A DNA stretch of 64,000 nt from Eledone cirrhosa (GCA_964016885.1 OZ024748.1:13640001-13704000); one strand, 5' to 3'. Positions 44,136 through 60,316 are shown, numbered from the stretch's first letter. Notes: a model not told the origin generated them from the letters alone. Made by a program: numbers and translations.

Positions 44136-44159
44136 ATACACATACATATATATATATAT

Positions 44160-44273
<114 letters not shown>

Positions 44274-47200
44274 CTATATATTACCCCCGTATGTTATTTG
44301 TTACTTTGAGTTTGTCGTCTGAATATATGTTCGTAATTCTCTTTAAATAAACCTACTTTTCGTCACGTGATTATAAATATACAACACAATTGAATAGTTA
44401 TACTTTACTACACGATATGTATACTATATACTTCCCTGCTAATGTTACCGACACCATCCTTATGATTGCAGTTGCGTGATTAGAATTAATGGTTATATAC
44501 ATCAAGCTTTTTATAAAATAGTACTTCCAAGTATTTGTTCTAATAAGCTTATCAAAATTTGTCAACATTTTAGTTAGTTCTCGTCAGTAACTAAAACAAT
44601 AATCATAGTGTGAGTGTAGGTCCATGAAAGATATATATATATATATACACCAGGTCTGAAACTAAAGGAATCAAACTTCCACTGTCACTGATACGAAATA
44701 CAAAGTAGAACTCGAAAGGACTTTAATTCACAACGCATGTTTGTAGTATGTATTGCAAGATATCCTGTACAACGCTCTTACGACTCTCCGAAACAACTGT
44801 CATAAAAAAAATTCAAGATGCTTACAACACCTAGTTTGTCGAGGTGATTATTCATCCACGTATTAATTATTTATTCAGTGTTTGTAAACATGTTCAGGAT
44901 GTAACTGTTATAGTGACGGCAGATTGTCAAGCAAGCAGCTATTAAATCTAAGTCGTTGAATGCAATCTATGAGGAAATGTTTAATACTTTCTTTTTATAT
45001 TTTGCATCTCCTACTTCATTATTAGAGTTCTGCTGTGTATAATCAATATTTAACTGAATATTGTGAAAGTAAGATTAAGTGTTTCGTCTCACCTACAATA
45101 CATTTTTAAATATTTAAAATATGCCCAATATATTTCTCATTTAAATAAAACTTTTTATAGCGTGCGCAAATCAGTAAGAAGTTTTCTTAAGCTGAAAATT
45201 TAGACGAGTTTAGTAAATACCCCAAGTACCAAACAAAGCATGTACAGACACTTAAATAAAGACGCAAATAATCACCCACATAAACACAAACATACTAAAA
45301 TGCACGAACACAATTTGAAATACCATTTTGTGTTTTTTTTTATATATATATATTTTATTCCCTTGCAATTTTTAATCTTGATGTCTGTAACAAACTCCTG
45401 AGAGTTTTGGAAAGAAATTACTAAGAAACATGATATTTCGAAAAGAGAAAAAATACCATAATGATAAAAGCAAGCTAAACGGAACGTGCTCCAACGCTAT
45501 AGCTATGTGACAGATTGAAGATTAGTTAGAATGAAAGGACAACATTTGAAAATAAATCAGTCTGACTATGAAGATTTCGGTGATTTGTGGAAAGTAATAA
45601 ATAAAGTTGCAAATGTTATTGATTTCTTTGACATTGTATAGTTGTTAATAAGTTAATTGCTTCGTATAATTGAATCACAAAGATGAGGTGCTGACTACAA
45701 TGTTAACAATTTTATTCGCCTGCACACAAACACACACGCACAAATATGTATATACACATTTTTATATAAATATATACATATTCATCGCCGCTATATATAT
45801 ATATATATAGCTATATAAATGTATGTATATATATATATATATATACAATAAAAAAATGACAAACACAGAGATACAAAAGCAATTACTGTTAGTAGGTTTA
45901 ACCTTTGGATGAAAGAGAGAAAAGACATTCAACGTATTGAACGATAGCTCTTTGTCAAAATAGTACAACAGTAGGTAAATTCGAAAATAGAATAGGAGGG
46001 ATATATAATTATTTGTGCGTTGTTTTAATGTTTGTGCGTATCAGCGTATATATTAGTGGAAGGTTCTATAGATTGTTGTTGATGGTGTCTAAGTGTATAT
46101 GGCTATATTAACATTCTGTATGATTGTGGTAACCAAAGCTGTTATATAACATCATAAATATGAACAAAGTAACTCAAATCTAATCTTATCCATGAACCAA
46201 ACCATTAACGTCCATACACGTGAAGACTAGCTAACTTAACATACACAAACCATACTTAATAAACAGTAAAAATAAACTAACCATAACATTCAGAAAAAAA
46301 AAAACACTACCATGCTTATCGAAAACCTACACTAATTTCTGTAACTGATGAGACTCACAGGTGAGATATTTATAAACTAGGTTGGGAATAAAATTATATG
46401 TTTAGATCAAAGTCAGTTAACTATTAAAATTAGATGCCAGATCTTATTAGCTTACCGAGTTGTGTGGAACTCGTCAGATCGGATTAAGGAAACAATGTCT
46501 TCATTGATCTTTCCAATTGCTAATACTATCTACCGGTCACAACACCTGACAGAAAATAAAGTAAAAAAGAAGGCAAACAGAAAAGAAACTCTGAATTCTA
46601 CGACTTCGATAACGATAAGAAAATATGGTAAAGATGTCACCCCGAATAAACATCAGTGGTAGCCACTATCTCAACCATTTATACCTCATCAGGCTCCTTC
46701 CTCTGGTGCGAAGACGAAAGCTGAGAGACCGAAAACCCTGGAGTTCTCAACGGTATCCGTTACAAAATGTCCCCCATCTTCTCAATATTACCGTCACTCA
46801 TATACTCTCCGTAAAACACAAATCTCTGAACATATGCATGTAGTAATCGTGGAAATTCTATTATTTTAAAAATTATATCATTGCTGGAAATTTATATACA
46901 ACTAAAATACCTGATTCTCTTTGAAATTGTATTTTTCTTATCCGCTTCAACGATGTGGTAGTTGTAACTTCTCACCTAAAGTAGTCTTAATTTTATTGTT
47001 TTAAGAACGAACATTTATGAAAACTAAAAACTTTGTTATAGACTTGTCGCCTCTTCTACTTTGAGAGTTGTTATTTATTATTTGCATCTGTATTTCAAAG
47101 AATTATAAGATGATTTTGAATATGATGATGATGATGATGACGATGATGGCGGTGGTGAAGAAAAAGAAAAAGAAAAACAATAACAACATCAACAGCAACA

Positions 47201-49288
47201 GCAACAACAACAGCAACAACAACATCACCAACACCAAAAGCAACAAAAACCAAAAATCACACCACCACAATAGCAACATGAATAGAATATAAGCAATGCT
47301 ATTTCATTCACTGGAGGGAAAAAACATTGAACTACATAATTCCTAGAATTTAGATTCACTCACTTGACTTTCATATCCTGCCTTGAAAAGTCTTTGATGA
47401 TGATATTCTTAGTAAAGATTTCATAGAAGAGCCATGCATACACATATAGTGATCTTGAATATATCACCTCGTGCTCATATTCAACAAATTAGATATCTTG
47501 TCAAATATTTTTATTTTGTTGCCATTACGAAATTGTTTTAAGTTAAATACGTTGCAATTTAAACTTATCAAACTACACTTATATTGTACGGAAGTCTGCC
47601 ATTATTGTTGTGCACCAGTAAAGTCTAGCTTCAATTTCTCTACATCTATAATATCGAATTCTGATTTAGGTTATTTACACCAACTGTTACAATTCTGGCG
47701 ATGTAATCGGTTATCCAAATGATTTTACAACGACGAATACCGACCATTATTGAACTGACTGGAACATTCCACGTAGTTAATTATTTTTAACCTACAAATT
47801 ACGCTTGTCATCGTAAAGTTAGACTGAATTCATGAAATCCTGTATTCCTCCACATCAAATTCTCATCATTTGATACAGCGATATAATGGCTATTAGAGAG
47901 GAATATTGCTTTCTAGCCTTGTTATTACGGTATCTACTAAAATAGATTGTTATCGCTTTTATTTCCTACCAACCGATAAATTCCAACCGCATTTACCGTA
48001 CATAATCTTTATTATCACCGTAAATTCTTCAACTGTGACAGATAAATCTGGAACATTCTCCATTGTTTTAGGCGGTAGTGATAATATAACATGGAGTTAT
48101 GCATTTGGGATTTAAAATAAATTTTCTTTCCAAGGAATGACATGTAAAACGCTGATCATATTTAAATAAAATCTAAGAAGGACATAAACTCAAATCTTTA
48201 TCTCTTAATTTATATATTTTTCAAAACTTTATAACATTTCCTTATGTAATAATTTCCAATGCTCATTTTGTTTCTATTGTATAATTCTTGATTCAATCGG
48301 TAATCACGTTACATCAGATTTATGTACAAGCTGAGTATTCCGAGACCTCAACCAACCTCAAATCGCTAATATATTTGCATTGTAACATATATTTATGACG
48401 TTTAATAAATGCTTGTAATATGTTTGTAATATGAAAGTAGGGCATCTAAGGAGAATCTAATCTATAATTAATTTGAGACTAGGGTCTCGACTCTAGTCAC
48501 TCTTCTAGGTAAATAACTTTCTTTAACATCGATCGTTTAGAACATAAAAGTACACACGTATCTCTGACAATTTCATTCTCGGCGCTATGGTTTAATTTAT
48601 GGCCCAGTACACTTAGCAGAGATGAGTGTATTCCAGCAATCGCTAGGGAGTTAAAGGTGTGAGAGACCAGCGTCATCTCCAGGGAAAGTCCTGTACTTGC
48701 AGTCAATTAACCCCAAGGAAACCAGGGATAAGCACCGGCCTGATGAATCAGTGGATTTAACTAACTAACACTGAAGATTTAAATTGTTAACCTGTATTGA
48801 AGGCCTTAATAAATCTTCTGGGGTGTAGTGATGCAGTTTTAGAACTGATCCCAGAAACAGACCCTGCTTTTATATCAAATTCATCTTCCGAGGAAAACTC
48901 TAGATTTTGAGTTGACGTGCTAAATATGAGAATAAAATAAACTTCATATCTCACTACGCCGCCATGGATAATGTATTTTCTCCCTAAAAATATGTAATGG
49001 CATGGTCATGGCTGGAACGTCTTTGGATATAAGGCAGATCGATGAGAGCTGACCTGGAGCTAAACAAAGACGCCAAGAACATTTGAGGTGAGGCGGATTA
49101 TATTTTTCAAATTCTTATGATCGATAAAATAAGAAAAGACTTTCTTGTGATAGATTTAAGAACCACGCCCTTCTTCAAAGGTACTGCCATACCTATATTG
49201 GAGAAATCAATAGAAATAGTAAAGTGCAAATAATGGTAGTATTACTGTTGTCATAGATAAGCTTTCACAACAGAAAACTCTCTCTCTC

Positions 49289-49353
<65 letters not shown>

Positions 49354-49396
49354 GCACACACACACATACACACATACAAACACACACACACACATG

Positions 49397-49447
<51 letters not shown>

Positions 49448-49565
49448 ATATATATATGAGCGAAGTGTCGTTAGATACGCGCGTATGTGGTTCTGTCACA
49501 GTTTCCGTCATATTTTGCGTGTATAAATATATTTTTTCTGTTTAAGTTTATCATAAAAAGTCTTA

Positions 49566-49611
<46 letters not shown>

Positions 49612-50025
49612 TGTGTGTGTGCGTTTATGTATGGTTGCATCTGTATGTGCATGTATGTACATCTGTATGTATGTACATCTGTATGTATGTGCATCTGTAT
49701 GTGCATGTATGTATGTACATAGATACATACATACATATACAAAGGTTATCCAAAGTAGGACAAGCACTCAATTCCCGGGACGTGTTGTGGTTTACAGATG
49801 CTTAGTAATTACACTATATAATAAAAATATGCTCACATTGTAGATACACATGTTTCTTTCGCTGCTTTATTTAGATATTTCTCTATCAAGATTCAGATCA
49901 TCGGACTTTATTTATGCTCATTTGGGGCCCTTTACACAAATACCTGACAGAAGTAGCCAAAGATATGTATTGACACTATTGTTATTTTAATAAATATTTT
50001 CCTCTCTCTCACTCTCTGTTCCCCC

Positions 50026-50094
<69 letters not shown>

Positions 50095-50292
50095 TGTGAG
50101 TATCCCTCCCTCTCATTCTATCTCCCTCTCTGTGTTTAGTTAGGTGTGTGTGTGTTATCACAGTAGAATTCTGCATCAAGTTTGTTTCCTGAATAAAGTT
50201 TTTGAATTATATGTAGATAACAAATTTTAAGGAGATAACATATTTGTCGGTAATTGTAATCCAATATAAAATCTTGGCTTAATGGACTTCCT

Positions 50293-50351
<59 letters not shown>

Positions 50352-50503
50352 TCCCAACGACTTTTTTTAGCCGTTGCTCGCACCAACCGGAGGTATGTGG
50401 TCTTTAAAGCGATGAAATGCCTATGATGGTTGGAAGATCACTGATGAAGGACAAACTTTTTTCATATGTAACCCATTTGCAACTCCGCAGCGCCCTTATT
50501 ATC

Positions 50504-50536
<33 letters not shown>

Positions 50537-50557
50537 TAAAAAATATATGCACACACA

Positions 50558-50634
<77 letters not shown>

Positions 50635-50647
50635 GTATATACAAATA

Positions 50648-50698
<51 letters not shown>

Positions 50699-51324
50699 AT
50701 ACTTGGGGAGGGTCATATTTGTGTAATATTTATTGCCAGAATTAATAACAGAACACACTCACTGTATGGTATGTTTTCGCTTTTTTTTTTTTTTTAATAT
50801 ATATATAATAGTACAGCATATTCGCAGTTCGATCAGCAGCCAAGCAAACGAATGCCTTCAGCAGTGCAGCCAAGCACTCGACGAGGAATAGACCTCAGAG
50901 AGTAACATACAGTTTAAAGGGCTTTGCAAATTGAAAATAGCGACCGCTAATTCAGCCGCGTGCGTGATCTGTAGCAACGAAAGAACTGACTAGTGAGAAA
51001 AGGAAATACACACACACACACATATACATATATATATATATACATATAAAAATATACATACATACATACATATATGCACCTATCTGTATATATAACATAC
51101 CTGGACCGTCACTTGGAAATTGCTGAATATCCAAGTGAGGTTTCTGCAAATCCAAAATCAACTAAATCCGTTTCGGGTGTATACAAGTTCGGGAAGATCG
51201 AACAGTGGAATTTACTTTCTCAACAGGCTTTTGTTCTAACACAAAACCCGGTGTGGAGCACATGTTATTCCAAAGGGAGGTAACCCCGGTTTCTGGCGGA
51301 CAATTAAAAAATTAAGGTCAATGG

Positions 51325-51406
<82 letters not shown>

Positions 51407-51439
51407 GTATATATGAATAAATGTATATGTATATATAAA

Positions 51440-51494
<55 letters not shown>

Positions 51495-51561
51495 CATATA
51501 TATACATATATATATACATATATATATAGATGTATATACATATATACATCTATACATGTAT

Positions 51562-51599
<38 letters not shown>

Positions 51600-51739
51600 A
51601 TACATATATATATACATATATACATATATATATTTATATATATACATATATACATATACATATATATATATATACACATATATATATATACATATATACA
51701 TATATATATATATACATATATATACATATATATATATAC

Positions 51740-51796
<57 letters not shown>

Positions 51797-51853
51797 TATA
51801 TATACATATATACATATATATATATATACATATATATACATATATATATATAC

Positions 51854-51992
<139 letters not shown>

Positions 51993-52021
51993 AATATATA
52001 TAAATATATACATATATATAT

Positions 52022-52102
<81 letters not shown>

Positions 52103-52103
<1 letters not shown>

Positions 52104-52287
52104 GTTTTTCCGGGTTGAATCGGAGGTAACCACAGTAAGTAAGGTACTCAATACATAGCAGGGTATAAAAGTTTTAATATAGATGAGATTCTACAGGACT
52201 AGAACTGTTTCATTCTTTAGAAATCATCAGGAGATTCCTGATGATTTCTAAAGAATGAAACAGTTCTAGTCCTGTAGAATCTCATCT
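52103..52287 (-). mobile_element. HHR element family A with inverted arm
   Basis: Reverse complement of the 23983 element; palindrome 52181-52287; between (TA)n and (TC)n. Confidence 0.85.
52231..52283 (+). ncRNA. Type I hammerhead ribozyme (family A, best copy)
   Basis: gagattc-CTGATGA-t-ttc-taaa-gaa-t-GAAA-cag-ttctagtc-ctg-TA-gaatctc; 7-bp helix I, 4-bp helix III, GUA triplet. Confidence 0.85.
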
Positions 52288-52297
52288 CTCTCTCTCC

Positions 52298-52329
<32 letters not shown>

Positions 52330-53405
52330 TGAGGCGTATAGGTGTGCACAAGAAATTGGTTTTATAATGCTCGATTAGATTCTTATAACGTGTCTTAGAA
52401 AATTTGAATAAAAGCAAGGATTCAATTTCTTTCTTCAATAAATCGATAAAAATCCATCTCTACTTCCAAATGAAATACAATTCCTTACCACCTTTCTCCT
52501 GCTTCTTCATCTTCTTCTTCTTCTTCTTTTATTATTGTATCCATTATTCACTATTGAACGTTGTGTACCAGCCACCTCATACACACCACTATATATGTAT
52601 ATATACATACATTTATATATAGACTTTCTTCTTCACATACAACTGGATCCAGTAATCATGCTTCTATATATGAAAGGAACGCCTTTTGTCACATGTGTGC
52701 ACAGCTAAGAAATTGTATCAACGAACCTCAATGCCGAGACAATACCTACACATACACACACTCACAGACACACACACTCACACAGACAAAGGCTCATGCA
52801 TTTACTATATGTTAAACATATACGTGAAGATAGCCAAGCATTTGCTTTCAAATCACGAGCGCCAGGCTGTGATTTCGATTCCTAGAACGCGCGGCGTTTT
52901 TCTTTTTCTTTAAGAGAAATACTACATTGGTGGCCTGGAGATGGAAATCAGTCAGCTCCCGGGACCACTGGTTATCCCCACACACACACACGTACAAACC
53001 AAATAAAAAAACTGAGAAACTTTCATAACATCCCCAACAACCGCTAGAAGTGTATGTAATATTGTATAGATATATTTGGCATATTTCTCTCTCTCTCTCT
53101 TTATATATATATATATATAGATATAGATATATGTATAGATATATGTATATATATATGTATATATATATACAAATGAATATATGATAGGGATAAACACTGA
53201 TACTCGTATACATGTGTTCGTATTGCAAATGACCATGTTAGCTAGATTGAAAATAAATTCATTTGTATTACACGGCTCAGAAATATTCCTTTCTTTGAGC
53301 TAATTAATTGTAAAAGACAATTTGATTTTATAACTCTATATATAATATAATATATATATATACATATATATATATATACATATATATATATACATATATA
53401 TATAC

Positions 53406-53469
<64 letters not shown>

Positions 53470-53541
53470 TATATGAGTTTGTGTGTGTGTATATATTTAT
53501 GTATGTATATATATATATATTTTATATATATATGTACATAA

Positions 53542-53572
<31 letters not shown>

Positions 53573-53739
53573 CATAAATAAATACATACATATATACATA
53601 TATGTATATATATATACATATATATAATACATACATATATGCATATACATACATATATATAGATATATGTATATATATATACATACCTATATATATATAT
53701 ATACATACATATATACATATACCTACATATATACATACA

Positions 53740-53822
<83 letters not shown>

Positions 53823-54399
53823 ACATGAATATATTCAAGTTCGTATTCTCTATTTAATTTCATTCTACATTAACTGTATATCCATATTTCGGAGTGCTTA
53901 AATTTAATCTAAAAATTTAAAATTTTAAGGAAGTCGTGATGGGGGAGCGCCCGAATTTCGTAAACAATAATGCAATATTTAGGTTGAGATTGAATACTTC
54001 CGTCATTTTAATTTCCTGTTGTATTAAAGTGAGGTTTAAAATAAATTTCATTTCCTCTCAGATGATTTCATAACTAGTTGCTACTCTTGGCTTCCGGAAA
54101 ATTGTACTTTTGCAACAAACACACACGGTGAACAGAGAATGATACGTGCAAATGAAAAATACTTGACATATTAAAAACAGCAGTTAAATTTCCCGAGCAT
54201 CATAAAGTACCATACTGAAAACAAATATTTATACACACGAAAGAAAGAAAACTCAAAGAGAACGAAGTATTTATTTGGGCCAATAATACGTTCGTTACAT
54301 GTTCACTTAACCTGCTAGAAATAGAAGACAAAAACATAGTATGCATTTCCCGACGCAATATCTAGATCTGGGTTATATTTTTCACACAATATATATAAA

Positions 54400-54453
<54 letters not shown>

Positions 54454-54494
54454 TCTCTCTCTCCCTCCCTCTCTGCCTCCCCCCTCTCTCTCTA

Positions 54495-54526
<32 letters not shown>

Positions 54527-54556
54527 CCTCTCTCTCTCTATATATATATATTATAG

Positions 54557-54630
<74 letters not shown>

Positions 54631-54633
<3 letters not shown>

Positions 54634-54757
54634 GGGTTCAATCTGGGGTAACCACAGTAAGTAAGGTACTCAATACATAACAGAGTATAAATGTTTAATA
54701 TAGAAATGGCTTGTTTGATCCGGGAGAAATCAAGAAGCCCTGATGATTTCTCCCGAA
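54631..54757 (-). mobile_element. HHR element family A, internally deleted, short inverted arm
   Basis: Tail ccgggttcaatc..ggtaaccacagtaagtaaggtactc; cgggagaaatca..ctgatgatttctcccg; embedded in (TA)n. Confidence 0.8.
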
Positions 54758-54758
54758 G

Positions 54759-54794
<36 letters not shown>

Positions 54795-55406
54795 GGAGAG
54801 GGTGTGTGCTTGTATTTGAAAGAGAGAAATAGAAAAACAGATTGATAGATAGTCAGACAGGCAGAGAAATTGTTTACGAAAGTGAAAGACATTGAGATAT
54901 TGATGTTATGATGTAGTGTCATGGCGGATATTTATGATAGATTCAGTCACAGATAACACACTAATGTCGTAAAAATAATAACATTATTAAACTGAAAAGA
55001 AATGTAAATCCCAACCCCACTCACCCCACCAATAAAAACAACAAAAACCAAATGACAAAAAAAAACGTGATTCCATCGAGACATTTGGTCAAGTAATTTT
55101 GAGAGTTATCTATCCTTGGATCAAATTTGGAGCCAAAAAAGCTAAATTGAACCTTATTTATTCACATAAACTATTGTCTATATTAGTGGTATTAATGTGA
55201 AATAGCGGACATTATTAATCCCCCTCTGCTGCCCTCTGGTGAGCTTTTTAGCCATTAAAGAAGATCATAAAGACTTACAATAGAAGAATTACTGCTCAAT
55301 ATGATTAAATGTAATTCCCAAGAAATTAAATCTTTTCTTTTTCTATATATTTTAGATAGTTTTCAAAGTGTGTCCTTCACTGTTATGTATACATTATATT
55401 GTAAAA

Positions 55407-55590
55407 GCGGTGATTGGCACTATCGTTAGAGGTCGGACGCCATGCTTTCCAGCATAGTTACGTCACTTTACGGTCTGAATTCAAATCCCGTCGAGGTTAA
55501 CTTTACCTTTCATCCTTACGGGGGTCGATAAAATAAAGTACCAGTAATACACTGAGACAATTGTTGGCCTTGTGCCAAAAGTAGAAACAA
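55407..55590 (+). mobile_element. SINE family 1 copy
   Basis: Same boxes, core and tail. Confidence 0.85.
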
Positions 55591-57139
55591 TAATATCGTA
55601 AAAGGCATATTGTGAGGAAACGGCTGCATAGTTCCATGATAGGAATTACGTTAGTGCTGTGAAATCTCGCATGCATTAATTTCAATTCTTCTTATTAATA
55701 ACTGCATTGTTATTGAAAAATAAACCTCCTTTGGTCAGTCCTTGAGAGTATCTTGGTCAGCCTAAACCATTCAGCCTGTGAAACCTTCAGCCCGCGAACT
55801 TTATATCCAACCCTCCAATATTACATGAGATATGTTGCATACACCGCATTGTATATACTATTGTGTATACATTAAAAAAACATTTATATGTAGACTATTT
55901 TATTTACTCTATACTATACATACCATAATGTCAATACGATTTATATACGCAAGTTTATGCTGTATGCATCTAACTGTTTATTCCATTTTTATACATTTTA
56001 GAATTATTATGTATACATGATTTTGTATACCCTTTATTATACACACCAATGTGTGTATAATAAATTGTGCGTGTTTTTAAGATATAGAGAATAAAAGAGA
56101 GAGCGCGAAAGTGAGATGGAATGATAGAGAGAGACAGAGTCTGATAGAGAGACGGAGAGTGAGAGAGCGACGGAAAGGGAGAGAGATAGAGAAAGAGGTT
56201 GAAAGACAGAGGGACAGAGAGATATATATATATACAAAGCGTGAGATAGATACAGAGAGAGAGAAGAAGAGAGAGGGGGAGAGGGAGAGAGAGAGTGAGA
56301 GAGAGTGAGAAAGGCAGAGAATGAGAGATACACAGAAAGTGATGGACATACCAAATTGTAAGATTTACCGTACAATTTTCTTTTCTCAAAGTGATATATA
56401 TTGGAATGAGAGCAATTACCACACATTGAGGAGAGTGATACACGACGAAATATGTGGGCGAAAAACATACGTTAATTATACATGTATATAGAAGCATACA
56501 TGTTATTGTTTTCTGCTTGCATTTGCTTAGGTTGGCTATTTGTTCTTTTGTCTTGTACAATGTATTTAAACATATATAGAAATTGTACATATTTATGGAA
56601 GTAAACATATTATTGTTTTCTGCTCATCTTTGCATATGCTGACGATGTCATTCACTCTCGCTTATTCTCTGCCGCTTTCTCTGTCTCTCTGACTCTAGTT
56701 CTCTCCATCACCCTCTGTGTCTCTCTCATTCTCTCTCTTTCTCACGCGCTCTCTCTCTCTCTATCTCTCTTTCTGTCTCTCTCTCACTCTCTGTATTTCT
56801 CTCTGTCTTTCTCATTCGCTCTCTCGCTCTATCTCACTTTCTGTATCTCTCTCACTCTCTGTATTTCTCTCTGTCTTTCAATCAGTGTCTATCTCTCTCA
56901 CTTTCTGTCCCTCTCTCATTCTCCATCTCTCACGCTATCTCTCTCTCTATCACTCTCTCTCTCTCTCTATCTATCTCTCACACTTACGCTCTCTATCTAT
57001 ATCATACACACACACACTCTCTCTCTCTCTCTCTCGCTGTCCGACTCCCCCCACAGAATATCTCTCTCTCGCTCTCTCACAGACACACACATACACACAC
57101 ACCCCATCTCCCCCTCTCTCTCTGTACATACACACACTA

Positions 57140-57171
<32 letters not shown>

Positions 57172-58097
57172 TATCTTTCTCTCTCTCTATTTGCCGTTTC
57201 CTACATCTGACATACATCTATTCAAATATCTTTATGGAAACACGTAATATTCTGTTGATTGTCATTTAATTATGGATTATGATGTCCACCTCTATTGATT
57301 AGTTTACTGCTACGGAAGCTATCTCCATTGCATGATGAAACATATAATAACCAATACAAACAACATATTAAAGAGTGTGAAACAATCGGTTGTGATTTTT
57401 ACATGGAAACTTCTAGGTTACTGTCATATGTTATAGTATAAGTTTCTAGATCAGCATATGGCATGGTTATACAGTATTGTTATGTACGATGCATTGATGG
57501 TTTTCTGGTATGAATAAACACTGCAATTATAGTTATTGTTGGTGTTGTGTTGTTGTTGTTAAAGTTGTTGTTTTTATCATTTTTTTGCTTGTTATTTTTG
57601 TTTATAGAATTCGTATTGATGATGTTTCTTTAGCTGTTGATGATGTTGTTGTTATTGGTATTGCTTTTGTTGCTGTTGATGTTGTTGTTGTTATAGTGTT
57701 GCTTGTCACTACTGTAGTTATTAGTGTTGCTGTTGCTACAGTTGTTGTTGTTGTTGCTACTGTTGCTGAAGTTGTTGCTGTTGCTGTTGCGACTGTTGGT
57801 GTTGCTACTGTAGTTGTTAGTGTTGTTGTTGCTGTTGCTACTCCAGTTGTTAGTGTTGTGGTTACTACTGTTACTGTTTGTCTTGCTACAGTTGTAGTTA
57901 TTAGTGTTGTTGTTCCTATTGTAATTGCTGTTGTTGCTACTGTAGTTGTTGTTGTTGCTGTTGTAATTGTTATTTCTATGTTAATTATATTTATTATTGT
58001 TGTTGTCCTTTTTCCTGGTTATTTTAGTTAATGAAATTCTTCTTGATGTTGTTTCTTTAGATGTTGTTATTTTTGTTATTGTTGTTATTTTTGTTAA

Positions 58098-58282
58098 GGG
58101 CGATGGATTGGCAGTATCGGTAGAGAGTCGGGCGCCATGCTTTCCAACATAGTTACGTCCCTTTACGGTCTGAGTTCAAATCCCGCCGAGGTTCACTTTG
58201 CCTTTCATCCTTACAGGGTCGATAAAATAAAGTACCAGTAATGTACTGGGTATTTGTTGGCCTTGTGCCAAAAGTAGAAACA
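58098..58282 (+). mobile_element. SINE family 1 copy
   Basis: Same boxes, core and tail; follows a (GTT/GCT)n tract at 57540-58090. Confidence 0.85.
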
Positions 58283-58546
58283 GTTCTTTTTGTTATTGTT
58301 GTTAGTGTTGCTGCTGCTGTTACTGTTCTTTCTATGTTATCATTAGAAATATAAACCACCGATCATTACAAGAATGACAGTATCACATAAAACACAAATT
58401 GATAAAAAAATTCACGGAAAGAGACACGTGTTAATAATGAATAGCTGACTCCCTGCCAAAATAACTACATGCTTACATACATATATACACTCGCAGATAA
58501 ACACATATAAATATAAATATACAATATACATACATACACACACCAC

Positions 58547-58578
<32 letters not shown>

Positions 58579-58638
58579 GCACACACATATATACTGTATA
58601 TGTAAATATATACACATATATATGTGTGTGCATGTATG

Positions 58639-58701
<63 letters not shown>

Positions 58702-58807
58702 AAGTATATATCCCTACACGCACAAAGCGTCTAGGGACATATGTATTGCCGCCCACCCATATGCCAATGTGGTTCAATGGCAGGTTAATAAATTCACGAG
58801 CCAGAAC

Positions 58808-59147
58808 ATATATAATCAAGGTTTAGCAAATAAGAAAAAGTTTCAAACTAAATTTTAAAAGATTCACTGTACTCACTATGGTTACCTTTACCGAATCGGT
58901 TTCGAGTCTCAAAAATAAATGGACAGTCCTTGCGGTCTTCCATTGAAAAGATAAACTCTCATCAGAAGGGTCTTTTCACTCGGAAAGTTTATCTTTTCAC
59001 TCGGAGAGTTTATCTTTTCAATGGCAGGCCGCAAGTACTGTCCATTTATTTTTGAGATTCGAAACCGATTCGGTAAAATTAACCATAGTGAGTACAGTGA
59101 ATCTTTTAAAATTTATTTTGAAACTTTTTCTTATTTGCTAAACCTTG

Positions 59148-59156
<9 letters not shown>
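58808..59156. mobile_element. 350-bp palindromic HHR element next to (TA)n
   Basis: ~150-bp inverted arms; apex contains a 21-bp stutter tcttttcactcggaaagttta. Confidence 0.85.
58885..58969 (-). ncRNA. Type I hammerhead ribozyme with long helix II
   Basis: Minus: cctt-CTGATGA-gagttt...aatgga..cc-gcaa-gg..tccatt...agactc-GAAA-ccg-att-cgg-TA-aagg. Confidence 0.8.
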
Positions 59157-59241
<85 letters not shown>

Positions 59242-59335
59242 CATACATGCACACACAAATATATATGTAAATATATATGTGTATATGTATAACTATATAT
59301 ATCACACCTACTCACACGCACACACACGCACGCAT

Positions 59336-59399
<64 letters not shown>

Positions 59400-59970
59400 T
59401 TGTGTGTGGGTATGTATATGTATATCCAGAGATGTCTTGTCCACCTGCCAATAGCACATACCAACTGATCACATGCACCATTCTTTTCCTTTCAATCTAT
59501 CTTGGTTTTGTGTCGAATGTAGAAACATGTCTTATATTGATATGTAAGTGTTTTATACATTCTTTAAATTGAATATTTCGGCACGTAGAATTATTTACCA
59601 AAAACTTGCGAAAGTAGAACATTATCTGACAGGACAGACTCTATATTTTATAAGCTGTCTTCCAGCTATGGAAACTGTCTTCTTACAACAAGACGAACAA
59701 GAAGATTGATTTATCCAACCATTCTCATGGAAAGTACTCAGTAAGACGTAACTTAAACGTAAATGACCCATAAATTTGGCAGATTCTAAGATATTTTTAC
59801 CCGAGAGCGAAACATTTAGACGCCGTCAAGTACCGAGAATCACGTTAGTAAAACACCCACTTGAAAACGATATCCATCCACTTAACGATAAAGAAGTGGT
59901 ATGCTCCGAATAGTTAATGTTATCTTCATCATTACAATTATATATATATATATATATAAAACGCACACAG

Positions 59971-60005
<35 letters not shown>

Positions 60006-60007
60006 AA

Positions 60008-60048
<41 letters not shown>

Positions 60049-60070
60049 ATACATATATATATATATATAA

Positions 60071-60175
<105 letters not shown>

Positions 60176-60265
60176 TATGTTTATATATATGCATATATGT
60201 ATATATGTATGTTTGTATGTATGTGTATATGTATATATATAAACATACAGACGTATATACTTGTA

Positions 60266-60316
<51 letters not shown>

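Noticed and set aside
46345-46380. ctgatga with a hairpin (also 13255, 31224, 35108, 50450)
   Set aside because: No correctly placed GAAA and UH with helix I; chance or too decayed to call.
47350-48110. Possible further LINE remnants (also 27310-27500, 43620-43910, 61100-61590)
   Set aside because: Only faint RT/APE-like resemblance by eye; needs BLASTx.
48740-48790. ctgatga as a hammerhead core
   Set aside because: Part of a SINE family 2 tail (ccggcctgatga); no downstream GAAA with helix III.
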